DNA of 64,000 nucleotides, taken from contig NC_043007.1 of assembly GCF_006345805.1 (NCBI RefSeq), positions 43,276,001 through 43,340,000 on the forward strand, written 5' to 3'. Shown here piece by piece: positions 51,025-61,838 of the stretch. The stretch comes from Octopus sinensis (Eukaryota). A program made the position numbers and the translations under genes. Below the pieces are notes generated by a model that searched no databases, was not told the origin of the DNA, and saw only the letters and a program-made list of their open reading frames with translations. How positions within the stretch are numbered: position 1 is the stretch's first letter; every line of letters begins with the position of its first letter.

Positions 51025-51123
51025 AGTTGGCCCTTAAAAGGGCCGTTCTTGAGAAGATGAGTAGACGCATAGCTTTCTATTTACTGCTTGTGTATTTGGT
51101 AACAGCTTTGGTACCCTCAGAGA
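51025..51123 (-). pseudogene. 99-bp copy of the H2B 3' end ([14 protein letters not shown], 3' UTR, stem-loop)
   Basis: Identical to 53088-53186 except one UTR substitution; includes the stem-loop at 51029-51044. Confidence 0.93.
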
Positions 51124-52349
51124 TATAAATGCAAATTTTCAGAAAAATGGAAAGTTACCGGCAAATGAGACAAGAGCTCAACTTGATTACGTATTCTAAA
51201 CCGAAAGCGCATCACTAATGTAATGGAACTTGCGAAGTTAATTCTGATAAATGAATCGTATGTTAAAGTTCGCCTCAGTCTAAGTTCCGAATGAATTTAA
51301 AATCAACGACATTCTCCAAAATGGCTTGAGTAACAATGAGGGAATACGCAATCAGTACATCAAGGTGAAGAAAAAAAAAAACAGATTTAAAGTGCTTGAA
51401 ACAAGCTCTCCTAATACTACAGCAAATAATGATGCAGCCAGAGCTGTCTTAGCTGTATTATGGATCCCCGTGCAAGTCAAGGCACCGGGCCACGTGGTAT
51501 GTATTTATTAGCAGCAATCTACAGCATACATAGATCAGAATTGGGTCCCTAGTCCGTGAGGCCCTCGGGCAGCTGCCGACAGCACAGGATACAGCAACAG
51601 CTGCATTCCACCCAAATCTCAAATTAAGATCATCTCAGGAATCTTAGGCGGCCATTGACACATGAAAATATCAATAAAGCAACTCCTTGAAACCTTCACT
51701 AAGAAAAAAAAACTTCAGCAAATCTGAAAGGGCACAAAGAGTTCATAGATAAATACGAACAGGAGCAGGAAAAAACCGCGTTCAAAGTAACTATGAGCAT
51801 CGCAAAGTGTTAATGAAATCGGTGACAAAGGAAAAGCCTCAAGCCAGAAGAGTCGGCTCAGCCAACGACAGGACCACTTTCAAAATCTAAATTGAATATC
51901 CATTTGAATTCTAGCAAATTTTCACCACCTCTATTATGCTATCTTAACTATGCCTATCACACTTCAATATAGCAGAACAGTTTTACCTTTATAAAACCCA
52001 GAATTTCCAGGTACCTAACCTCTACAATATATTTAGATTATGAACCTTGCAGTGGCGTATTGTAGTTGCTGTATTGGGTGTACTGCCTCCAAATTTCAAG
52101 TAGGAGTATAAAAGTTTTCCATTAAGATTTGATTAAATTAATGAGTAAGGTTAATATTTATAAGGAATTTGCCATTTTCGATTGGTGTACAGCACACACT
52201 CGGAATCTACGCTCCAAGTTAGATACCATTTCAGGAACCACCGCCCTACGTTAAATATGCAAAATGTCATATTCTATGCTCTATCACCTAAGGGCTTAGA
52301 AGCTTGATAAAACTAGCGCATGTACCGCCCCAAAACATTTGTTTATATT

Positions 52350-52990
52350 TATTTGAAAAGTTTTCTAATGGCAGAACCTCTGATCCTTTTTGCCCCCATC
52401 TCCCGAGACCTGATGCAAGTTACGTCTAAATTGTTGCAGATCAACACCTGCAGGGAAAAAACATAAGCGGAGGGGCGATTCCAAGAGGCCGATGCTCTAT
52501 GAATGAAGGATTGACCATAGTAGTTAGTGCGAGGAAAGAGTTGTTGGATGCACAAAGAGTTCAAGAGAGACGAGAGAATCGGGTGGGGTTATAAAATCGG
52601 ATCATGTGTAGAGGCCATTTATATTAGCGACAGAAAAGACAGTACGCCATTGGTCCCATTCTGGATGCAACCCAGGGTGTTGTTTCTGAAAGAACTTAGA
52701 TTAGCTGTAAGTTTCGTAATGAAAAAAGGTTAGCGAGAGGTGTTTATTAATTGAATTTGTTCATCATTTTTTACCCCTCTTAAGTAAAAACTAAGCCTTT
52801 CCTGCTACAATGCTTGGCAAAGAGCATTTGAATAACCCATTTAAAGTATTTTCTGCTCAATAATTTTACAGGACAGGGCGTGAAGCTTTGTATCAAAACT
52901 TGAGCGTTTGGCGGGTTCAGCTCTCAAATCTGAAAAGGATTTCTTCCATGCAGTAATTGAAACTTTGTTACTATAGTTTCTTCACCAGAA
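52350..52990 (-). mobile_element. Decayed CR1/L2-like LINE 3' remnant
   Basis: Minus ORF ...PRTNYYGQSFIHRASASWNRPSAYVF resembles CR1-group ORF2 C-termini. Confidence 0.45.
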
Positions 52991-53091
52991 AGCTGGAAAC
53001 TATGCTAGCTGGCAACGAAATTAGGAATACTAGGTGAGAAAAAAAGATTTTATTAAATAGTTGGAGAGATAACTTTTGACAAAATTTAGTT

Positions 53092-53107
53092 GGCCCTTAA
53101 AAGGGCC
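53092..53107 (-). terminator. Histone 3' stem-loop (SLBP site)
   Basis: Minus strand GGCCCT-TTTA-AGGGCC (6-bp stem, 4-nt loop), 32 nt after the stop, preceded by AAC. Confidence 0.95.
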
Positions 53108-53139
53108 GTTCTTGAGAAGATGAGTAGAAGCATAGCTTT

Positions 53140-53511
53140 CTATTTACTGCTTGTGTATTTGGTAACAGCTTTGGTACCCTCAGAGACAGCGTGTTTGGCT
53201 AATTCACCAGGAAGGAGAAGACGGACAGCAGTCTGTACTTCACGGCTACTGATGGTCGAACGCTTGTTGTAGTGAGCCAAACGGCTGGACTCAGAAGCTA
53301 TTCTTTCGAATAAATCGTTCACAAAACTGTTCATGATAGACATGGCTTTGCTGGAAACTCCAGTGTCGGGATGAACCTGCTTCAACACTTTGTAGATGTA
53401 GATGGAATAGCTTTCCTTTCTCTTCCTCTTCTTTTTCTTATCTCCAGAACGCGCAGGCTTAGCCTTAGCTGCCTTCTTTGCTCCCTTCGATGGTGCTGCA
53501 GCAGGCGGCAT
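53140..53511 (-). CDS. H2B: Histone H2B, replication-dependent type, intronless
   Basis: [13 protein letters not shown]...[45 protein letters not shown]...[16 protein letters not shown]; ATG at 53511, TAG at 53140-53142. Confidence 0.98.
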   Translation of the reverse strand: MPPAAAPSKGAKKAAKAKPARSGDKKKKRKRKESYSIYIYKVLKQVHPDTGVSSKAMSIMNSFVNDLFERIASESSRLAHYNKRSTISSREVQTAVRLLLPGELAKHAVSEGTKAVTKYTSSK

Positions 53512-53560
53512 AATTATTGGTAGTGAAAAATCAACTGTTACGAACATCGAGAAGCAATTC

Positions 53561-53639
53561 TATTTATAGTCGGCAGGTAGGCTCACCAGCACAATGTCTC
53601 TCAACATTTTAGCCTTTCAATTTCATTGGTGGAAATTGG
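53561..53639 (-). promoter_or_regulatory. H2B promoter: TATA box and two CCAAT boxes
   Basis: Minus strand TATAAATA at 53561-53568 (50 nt upstream of ATG); CCAAT at 53625-53629 and 53635-53639. Confidence 0.7.
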
Positions 53640-53900
53640 AGGTTTTCTAAATCACGTGATCGCATCATACAAAATTTCCCTATCATCTGGAGCCTCTTAC
53701 TGGAATATATAATGGTAGTTTTTTTTTTTTACTTCAGTCTCTCCATATTCATGTTAAAGAGAAAGGTGTTACATTTCCGGGCTTCAGATTTTTTTGTCGT
53801 TCGTCTCCAGTGCCCAACGTAAATGATGCCTGTACTTCTGGCTATTGTTATAGAATATTTTTGCAGTAAATGCTGTCAGAGACAAAAAGATGTCGAAAAC

Positions 53901-54183
53901 GGTACTACTAGCGAACAGTGGTCCCGGTGCGCGCTCACGCGCAGTCGCCTAGTTGCGCATCCGCGCTAGCTAGTCGTAAGTAGTCGATCCTACAACGACT
54001 ACCTAGCAAAGTAAATAAAACACAAAATAATTTTTTTACACAAACTAAATAATTTTTGTTAAACATAGTAAATAAAACACAAAGTAAATAACACAAAAAC
54101 ACAAAGTAAGGATCGACTAGTCATGACTAGCTGGCGCGGATGCGCGAGTACGCGCACCGGGACTACTGGTCTCAAGTAGTACC
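53901..54183. mobile_element. GC-rich fold-back element upstream of H2B
   Basis: GGTACTACT..CAGTGGTCCCGGTGCGCG..GTCGATCCT / AGGATCGAC..CGCGCACCGGGACTACTG..AGTAGTACC; no TSD seen. Confidence 0.7.
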
Positions 54184-54296
54184 ACATAAGAAGTATAAGA
54201 AGAAAGTAACATAAAATACAAGGGATGCGGTTTCAGGAGAGAACATCTTTGTTATTCTAATCGGCGGAGGTGTTGAATATACATCTCCTGTTCGCT

Positions 54297-54327
54297 TTTG
54301 TAGATGTAGAAGGAATAGCTTTCCTTT
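54297..54327 (-). pseudogene. 31-bp H2B coding fragment (KESYS[F]YIYK)
   Basis: 30/31 identity to 53389-53419, same orientation. Confidence 0.75.
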
Positions 54328-54347
54328 TCTTTTTCTCCCTACTTCGA

Positions 54348-54505
54348 CACCCGGTCACAAAAATGAAAAAAATATATATATAGTGTAATAGGTGTAAAAC
54401 ATGTAGTAAACGAGTATGAGGACTCGGGACATTCCTGATGTGAATTTTCCGAGTCTTTTCGTCAGAGCGCATTTTTCTTTTCATATTCGTTTACTACATG
54501 TTTTC
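54348..54505. mobile_element. Second, partial copy of the 12919-13142 element, ~0.84 kb upstream of the H2B ATG
   Basis: Shares CCCGGTCA.AAAAATGAAAA, TAGTGTAATA.GTGTAAAA, GATGT.AATTTTCCGAGTC and TTCATATTC.TTTACTAC. Confidence 0.8.
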
Positions 54506-55274
54506 CAAAATTCTAATTTTTTGAAAAGATTTCCCACCCCGCGCTCATCCACGCCAATATTCCGGATGTTTTAAAATCCGTTCGCCCTTTTGCGCATGAA
54601 GCCTGGAAATAGTCTCTCCACATGTTAGAAATAACAGCCAAATCTCAGGCGTCGAACATGCACCTCCAACCACTATTTCCTTTTTCATCATGTTTACATA
54701 TTTTCTGAACATTTCCAAAATTCCAATTCTTAAGCATACGAAACTGTATTCAATCGAAAATAAGTTAAATAAAATATTAGAACACAAGAGACTTTCAATA
54801 TACATATTTTCGAAATTCTAACATAAAATGGAAAGCATTTACTGCAAGAAATGTGATTTACAAATGTAAAACTTAAAAAGGAAAACTGAAATTAAGACAT
54901 ACTAATACTCTCCACGTTTCATGAATGACTTGTGGGTGATTCTGCTGTTATTACTGGCATGTCGGTCGACCATATTGAGATCTGATCAGGGTTCGTCATA
55001 GGAAGGGCACACCGCCCCATAGGCGGGCGGTCTTTCGCTAAAGCTAGAAATAACAGCCAAATCCGAGTTTTTTTTTTTAATTACACATTGAGAAAAATGG
55101 AAATAACAGTTGTGAAAAAAATTTTTGTTTCCAAAATTGCAGTTCTTGAATATACAAAAGTATATTCAACGGAATTAAATAAGTAAAATAATGATTAAAA
55201 GTGAAATTAAGATCTCTGAGGTTGACAAAAACAAAAATGCTTGTAAAATGTTTTTTAGTTTTTTTAAATCTCAA

Positions 55275-55684
55275 GGTACTTTTTGGTTATCTCACATCCA
55301 TTAAAAAATTGGGTTATCTCCCCACTAAAAAATTGAGTTAATGTGACAAGAGATTGGATTAAAAGAGATCCTTTTGATTCAGTACTTCAACATATTGGTG
55401 ACGTTTGCCCTCCTCAATAGGCATGGTATAAATTGTTATAAAAATGTTATCAGGTTCAACAAGATGTTTAATTTTTTCAGTTTTCATGTTTATTAATCTT
55501 TTCAGTTTTGTATGATTTGTTATAAAAATATCAGATTCAATAAGATGTTTCACTTGTTTTTTCTCGTTTTATTGAGGGTTAAACATTTTTTTAAAGATGA
55601 GGGAGATAACCATACCGCTATTTCTCATAAAACTTGGGGAGATAACCCAATTTTTTAATGGGGGTGAGATAACCAAAAAGTACC
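55275..55684. mobile_element. GG-terminated MITE, ~45-bp TIR
   Basis: GGTACTTTTTGGTTATCTCAC...GTGAGATAACCAAAAAGTACC; flanks AATCTCAA/AATCCTAA (possible decayed TSD). Confidence 0.75.
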
Positions 55685-55974
55685 AATCCTAATTCTTAAA
55701 TATACAAAAATATATTCAATCGAAAACGAATAAGTAAAATAGAATATCAGAACACAAGAGACTTCAAAGCTCAATGTACATGTTTTCTGATTTCTAACAT
55801 AAAAAGGAAAGCATTTACCTTGTTTTTACAAATAAAAAACTTAGAAGTGACGAAAAGTGAATAATTTGATTGTCCAATTCTGTCTCATGAAGCAGTTCAC
55901 GTATATATCTGCGACGTGTTTCCTGAATATGTAGAAGTACACCCTAGCCCACCATCTCATATGCTTTTTAAAAC

Positions 55975-56245
55975 TTGGTACTTTATTCTATTGATATTTT
56001 TGCCGAACCGCTAAGTTACGGAGACGTACGCAAACCAACACGGTTTGTCAAGCAGTTGAGGACAAACAGACACAAAAACACACACACACACACACACACA
56101 TATACGACGAGCTTCTTTCATTTTCCGTTTACCAAATCCACTCAAAGCTTTGGTCAGCCCGAGGCTGTAGTAGAAGACACTTGTCCAAGGTGTCACGCAC
56201 TGGGATTGAACCCAGAACGATATGGTTGGGAAGCAAACTTTTTAC
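55975..56245 (-). mobile_element. SINE fragment
   Basis: GCCGAACCGCTAAGTTACGG...GTAGTAGAAGACACTTGTCCAAGG...GAACCCAGAAC. Confidence 0.78.
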
Positions 56246-57405
56246 CACATAGCCACTCTCAAATTTACGGGGGATAAACGTTGGCAATGTGCTTTATGAA
56301 TGTTAAAAGTCCTGGTATTTATTTCGAGCAGTCATCCTACATTTCACGGTACTTAGCTTCGTCGACGTACTTTAAGTGTCTTTTATGCGAGACTGATAGG
56401 TCTCGTTATGGTTAGTGTATGGTCGGATGGAGGAAATTCTTGGCATGATTCATCGTATGATGAATGTAGTCAAGATGATGGAGATTACGATAGCTTGTCC
56501 ATTTATCAGTGAAAATTGTTGTGATTATCAAGACATTTTTCTCTTTTTACAACTTCTAGAGTTTCAGTACTCCTGTGAGGTACGCGCTCAAGGAAACCTT
56601 TCTTGGCGATGGTGTCGTAACAACCGACGACCCAATATTACTGGACCACTCTACTCACGTTACTTTTTCGTGTAAACAATAAACTTTCTTCTATCACCAT
56701 TTCGTGATCCGGATGACCGGGCGAAGATTTGTCTTTCAGTATCTTTTTCTCTACGCTGTTCATAAAGGTGGCTGTGAATACAAGCATTTCAAACACAAAA
56801 CCGAACGCCAAATGAAAGATTTTAAACAATGGCAATTTGGACTTTGCCATGAACGTACTTTTACGCAAGGAAACAGCTTTCTTGCAGTGTTCACATCTCT
56901 ACATAAATCCATTTTGTGTCAACTTTTGATAAATCATTTCGCGTGTGCACATTTTTCGAGTTGCTTTTAAATAATCAACGACGTGAGGTACACATTTTAA
57001 TATAGACAATTCAACAAAGTGTAATAGCAACCGAAAGATTTCCTTTGAGAGGTGCTAGCTGATGTTGTTCGTATTTAAAGAGCTGAAGGGTGGACATTGT
57101 GTTGGTTGTAATAGATATGATGATGGTTGCTTGCGATGGTGTCGGTTGTGGTAAAGATTGGGGGCGGAAGGTCTAAAAAGATGAGCAAACCACAATTTTG
57201 ATCAAAATGACCGGAGATGTCTTCTTTCAGCAACATAGAATTCTTCAAGATTGACCGATACCAGCAAACACCACTAATATTGTAACCCCTGTCACCAGAC
57301 ATATGCACTAGTACCACCATAACCACCGCCAAAACTGTGACCAGCACTAAAACTATTATTAATACCACCACCAACAACAAACCTAACCTCAATCATCGTC
57401 ATCAT

Positions 57406-57948
57406 GGATCTTTACCTTTTGACCGACAGATTTAAAAAATAATTTTTTGTATCTAAACACTTTCAAACTTCGGACACTGGTAGAATGTGCGGTGATTTCA
57501 ACCAGTCAATGACGTGTATTCAGCTGAATAAAATTACTACTGTTGATTGTCAACAAGAACTTCCAGCGGTGTATATTTCGTTTGTCACTGATATTTATGA
57601 CAACCCTAACCTTAAAACCTTAACCCTAACCCAAACCCTAAAGCTAAAACCAGTACAAACGCACGAACGATGTCATAAATAACAGTGACAAACGAAAAAT
57701 ACACCGCCGATAGTTGTTGTTGACAAACAACGGCAGTAATTTTATTCAGCTGAATACACGTCATTGATTGGTTGAAATTACCGAAATAGGACAACTTTAA
57801 CGTGAAATAATTTCGTAAATATAAGCTTTTCTCAAAAACGCTAAGAGTAAAAGATATTTTATGATACTTTCTACCAGTGTCCGAAGTTTGAAAGTGTTTA
57901 GTTACAAAAAATTATTTTAAAAATCTGTCGGTCAAAAGGTAAAGATCC
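57406..57948. mobile_element. GG-terminated fold-back MITE with perfect 8-bp TSD (Merlin-like)
   Basis: GGATCTTTTACC...GGTAAAGATCC; TSD GTCATCAT both sides; long internal inverted arms around a CCCTAA-like loop (57601-57640). Confidence 0.87.
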
Positions 57949-58329
57949 GTCATCATTACCACCACCATCAGTACTGTCATTACCACTGCCAAAACTATGA
58001 TCAGCAATAAAACCACCATTACCACCACCAACACCAATAAACCCAACCTCAATCATCATCATAGACAGTGGTGATGATGATGATAACTGCTGTGTACACA
58101 CACACACACACACACCAATAAAACCGGGGTGGGCATAGCTGGAAGGACTTTGCCCTCACCGGGGCTAAACAATGTACTCATATGAGTGTGTGTATGTGTG
58201 CACGCGATCCTAAAGGAATGAAAGGCAGAGTACACTTCAGTGGGATTTGAACTCGGAGGACATAGATACAGCGATTTTGCGGAGTTGTTTGAGCGTTCCT
58301 CACAAAATCATAGTCGTATCTGAGACACT

Positions 58330-58640
58330 GCCTTGAATGGTTTAGTCGAACAAATCGACCCTTAGGATGAATTTTTGAAATCTGGTAATTATTCTATCAG
58401 ACCATTTTGCTGAACCGCTAAGTTACGGAGACGTAAACAAACCAGCACCGGTTGTCAAGTTGAAGTGGCGGACAAAGACACACACGTATATGTATATCTA
58501 CGGCAAGCTTCCACGCAGTTTCCGTCTTTGAAATCCACTCACAAGGCTATGGTCGACCCGAGGCTATAGCAACAAACAGTGCCACACAGTGGGAATGAAC
58601 CCGGAACCATGTGGTTGGGAAGCAAACTTCTTACCACAAA
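58330..58640 (-). mobile_element. SINE fragment
   Basis: Family body GAACCGCTAAGTTACGG and head GAACCCGGAACCATGTGGTTGG. Confidence 0.78.
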
Positions 58641-58903
58641 GTCACGTGTGAGTCTTTAAATTTGTATTTTAAATTACCACCTTATAATTGGGATTTAAAC
58701 TGTTTAATTCACAAAAGGGATTTAAACAGAAGGTGCGAGCGTGACTATGTGGTAAGAAGCTTACTTTTCAACCGCATGGTGCTGGGTTCAGCTTCATTGC
58801 GTGGCACCTTGGGCAATTGTCTTCTACTATAGAATTGGGCTGATCAAAGCCTTGAGTATATTTGGTAGACGGAAACTGAAAGCTCGTCGTGTATATATAT
58901 ATA

Positions 58904-59296
58904 CTAGCAGTATCGCCCGGCGTTGCTCGGGTTTGTAAGGGAAATAATTATATAAGCATTTTTAGAGATGTAAAGTATAATAGCCATCTCAATATGGCTA
59001 ACCACAAAGGGGGAGGGGTGTTACTGTAGCTTTTTACGTTCTGAGATTTAATAATAAATTTTAGAGAGTTACTTCCCTTATATATGTCAAAAATGGATTA
59101 AAAATGGGAAAAATTGATGGTAAATTTTTTTAAATCGTAGACTCATCGTAGACGCGCGCTAATACCCAGACGGTCTCGATATGAATCACGACTATAAGAT
59201 ACCCGGTTTTGGTTAAACTGCACCGCAAAATGTGGGAGTAGTTAGGAATCTAAATCGTAGGAGACAGACACACAACTTCACTTTTATATATAAAGA
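58904..59296 (-). mobile_element. Non-autonomous Helitron inserted in the (TA)n of a SINE
   Basis: Same termini and body as 38344-38645, plus a ~100-bp extra module. Confidence 0.87.
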
Positions 59297-59477
59297 TTTC
59301 CTCTATTTACATAATATTGAGGTCTCTTTCTTTCTTTTGTTATCTTACTGTTTTTACCAATATACATATATATATATATATAAATATATATATAGTTACA
59401 GAGATGTACTTGCATAGCAAGTGACTTGATCTGAGATCGTGTGCTGGAACGAAAACAGTTGCAGCGTTGAAGGTGTT

Positions 59478-59697
59478 TATAAGCCATTTAAGAAACACAC
59501 AAAAACCGTTAGATTCACTTCAACATTTATATTTAATTTGTCAAAATATTTTCGTCGCTTTGAGACCGCGACCTGTTAGCACGATATTTTTGTCAGTGAA
59601 CAGGTCGCGGTCTCAAAGCGACGAAAATATTTTGGCAAATTAAATTTAAATGTTGAAGTGAATGTAACGGTTTTTGTGTGTTTCTTAAATGGCTTAG
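59478..59697. repeat. Inverted repeat (~100-bp arms, 21-nt loop)
   Basis: TAAGCCATTTAAGAAACAC...GACCGCGACCTGTT / AACAGGTCGCGGTC...GTGTTTCTTAAATGGCTTA. Confidence 0.9.
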
Positions 59698-60081
59698 AAA
59701 CACATTCCAGGCTGCAATATATATATACACACATATATATATATGTATGTATGTATGTATGTGTGTATATGTGTATGCATGTATGTGTGTGTGTGTGCGT
59801 GTCTGTGCTTGTGATTGTCCTCCACCACTGCTTGACAACGAATGTTGGTTTGTTTACATCCCTGTCACCTAGTGGTTTGACAAGGAAACAGATAGAATAA
59901 GTACAATGCTTACAAAAATAAAACTGGAGTTGATTCATTAAACTACAATTCTTCAAGGCATTGCCCCAGCATGGCCACAGACCAATGGCTGGAAAAAGCA
60001 GAAGAATAAAAGAATACATTCTCTGCTTTGGTCTTATGTTCAAGGCATGAGAAAGCTTGAGTTTACATGAGAAGGCCTAAC

Positions 60082-60555
60082 AGACCTGGTAGAAACAGCA
60101 GCCAAATCTCCCTCAAATCACACCTTACTGTCTTATGTATGTATATATATATGAGCCAATGAGGGGGACCTCTACATGGTAGCTAGACCTGGTAGAAATA
60201 GCAGCCAAATTTCCCCCAAATCACACCTTACTGTCTTATCTATGTATATATGTATGTATGAGCCTATGAGGGAGACCCCTACATGGCAGCTAGACCTGGT
60301 AGAAATAGCAGCCAAATTTCCCCCAAATCACACCTTACTGTCTTATCTATGTATATATGTATGAGCCTATGAGGGAGACCCCTACATGGCAGCTAGACCT
60401 GGTAGAAATAGCAGCCAAATTTCCCCCAAATCACACCTTACTGTCTTATCTATGTATATATGTATGTATGAGCCTATGAGGGAGACCCCTACATGGCAGC
60501 TAGACATGGTAGAAATAGCAGCCAAATCTCCCTCAAATCACACCTTACTGTCTTA
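60082..60555. repeat. Minisatellite, 103/107-bp units, ~4.5 copies
   Basis: AGACCTGGTAGAAA at 60082, 60185, 60292, 60395 and 60502 (AGACATGG). Confidence 0.93.
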
Positions 60556-61069
60556 TCTTTCTGCTACTTGGATATAGGTGTTATATTCGTCGTAAAAAAC
60601 TTTCCTGTCACACACTCACGCACACGCACACACACACACACACACGCACCCTCACACACACACACACGCGCACACCCACACACACCCACTCACACACACG
60701 CACGTTAGCTTACAATTTTATTTATATATTTGCGTGTCTATGTGTTGAAAGAGGAAGTGGGAGGCAGAGTGAAAGAATCACTCACTACAGTAAGTCAATT
60801 ACTTTCATTTTATTCGTTGCCCACTGTGTGTGTGCGTTTGCGTGTGCTGTAAACCAGACTAAGAAAAGCATTTGACACACACACCAGAATGTGAGTTTTC
60901 TGTAAATTTTGCTTAATTGGAGTTTAAATTTTAAAAACTGGACCTGGCATGACGCGATGCATTGTACTCTTAAAAATGCAAGGTAAATTGTAATTGAAGA
61001 AATCCTATATTGTAGATTTGTATAACTCCCAAAGGGAGGCAGATAAAATCTGCCTTTTATAATAAGAGA
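60555..61069 (-). mobile_element. Helitron 5' module (same as ~45369-45960), 3'-truncated
   Basis: Reverse complement begins TCTCTTATTATAAAAGGCAGATTTTATCTGCCTCCC; ends within the first 166-bp unit, no CTAG end. Confidence 0.8.
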
Positions 61070-61167
61070 TATTTATGTGTGTGTGCCCTCCCCACCGCTT
61101 GACAACTGGTGTTTTCGTCCCCTTAAGCTAGCGGTTTGCCAAAAATTACCGATAGAATAAGTATCAG

Positions 61168-61838
61168 CACTAGCGTAGAGGGGGGCGGTCCGCCCCGGGG
61201 GACACTTTTGGATCTGCTGTAGGTAATGTGTTTTTTGTGGGGTGCGGGGACGGCAAACGGAAGGCCTGCCCCGGGCGCGGAATTTTTTTTCCCCCGCGTG
61301 AGTTCTGACCCCAGTTATGAACTCATTTGCATACAGCCAATAAGAACTCAATCATCAAACTAATTTATGAGCGCATAACAAGTGATGGGCAGTAAGATAA
61401 GATCACTCGGGTAAGGAATGACTATGCTTCTTTTCTCTTTTAATAATGATCCTTGATCTTGTTTCAACCATAGCTGTCTCTGCGTAGTTATTTGTGTTGT
61501 TGTTTACTTTTTAAAATAGTAAGGGGAGATGGTTGCTTGCACAGCACCCTCTACCCACATTTTTCCCATCCACACCTTTACCATATGGGGCCCTAACAAA
61601 ATCCGATAATAGGTATAGATACAAATCTAATTATTTGCCTCCATCTAAAATCAGGCATAACTTGGCGATTGGTCAATTTACAACACCGTTTTGAGCTTAC
61701 TTGGTAGAGTGTGTCTGTTAACTTGACAACAAGTTCAAAGTGAGCTCTGTATGCAAATGAGTTCATTACTGGGTTCCGGAACTCCTGTGGGAAAAAAATT
61801 TCGCCTTCCGGACGGCACACACTCTAGCTACGCTAGTG
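61168..61838. mobile_element. hAT-type MITE inside a SINE tail
   Basis: TIR CACTAGCGTAG; TSD AGTATCAG/AGTACCAG. Confidence 0.8.

Larger units (their letters stand above)
58735..60012 (+). mobile_element. SINE split by nested insertions in its central (TA)n
   Basis: Head 58735-58890, tail ~59790-60012; a Helitron and a fold-back lie between. Confidence 0.7.

Noticed and set aside
51124-51140. Octamer ATTTGCAT or a splice acceptor just 5' of the H2B fragment
   Set aside because: The octamer abuts a mid-CDS fragment with no start codon; the AG is preceded by G and no matching donor exists in the intronless gene. Likely coincidence.
53512-53547. 12-aa extension of H2B
   Set aside because: Lies between the TATA box and the canonical MP start; it is 5' UTR.
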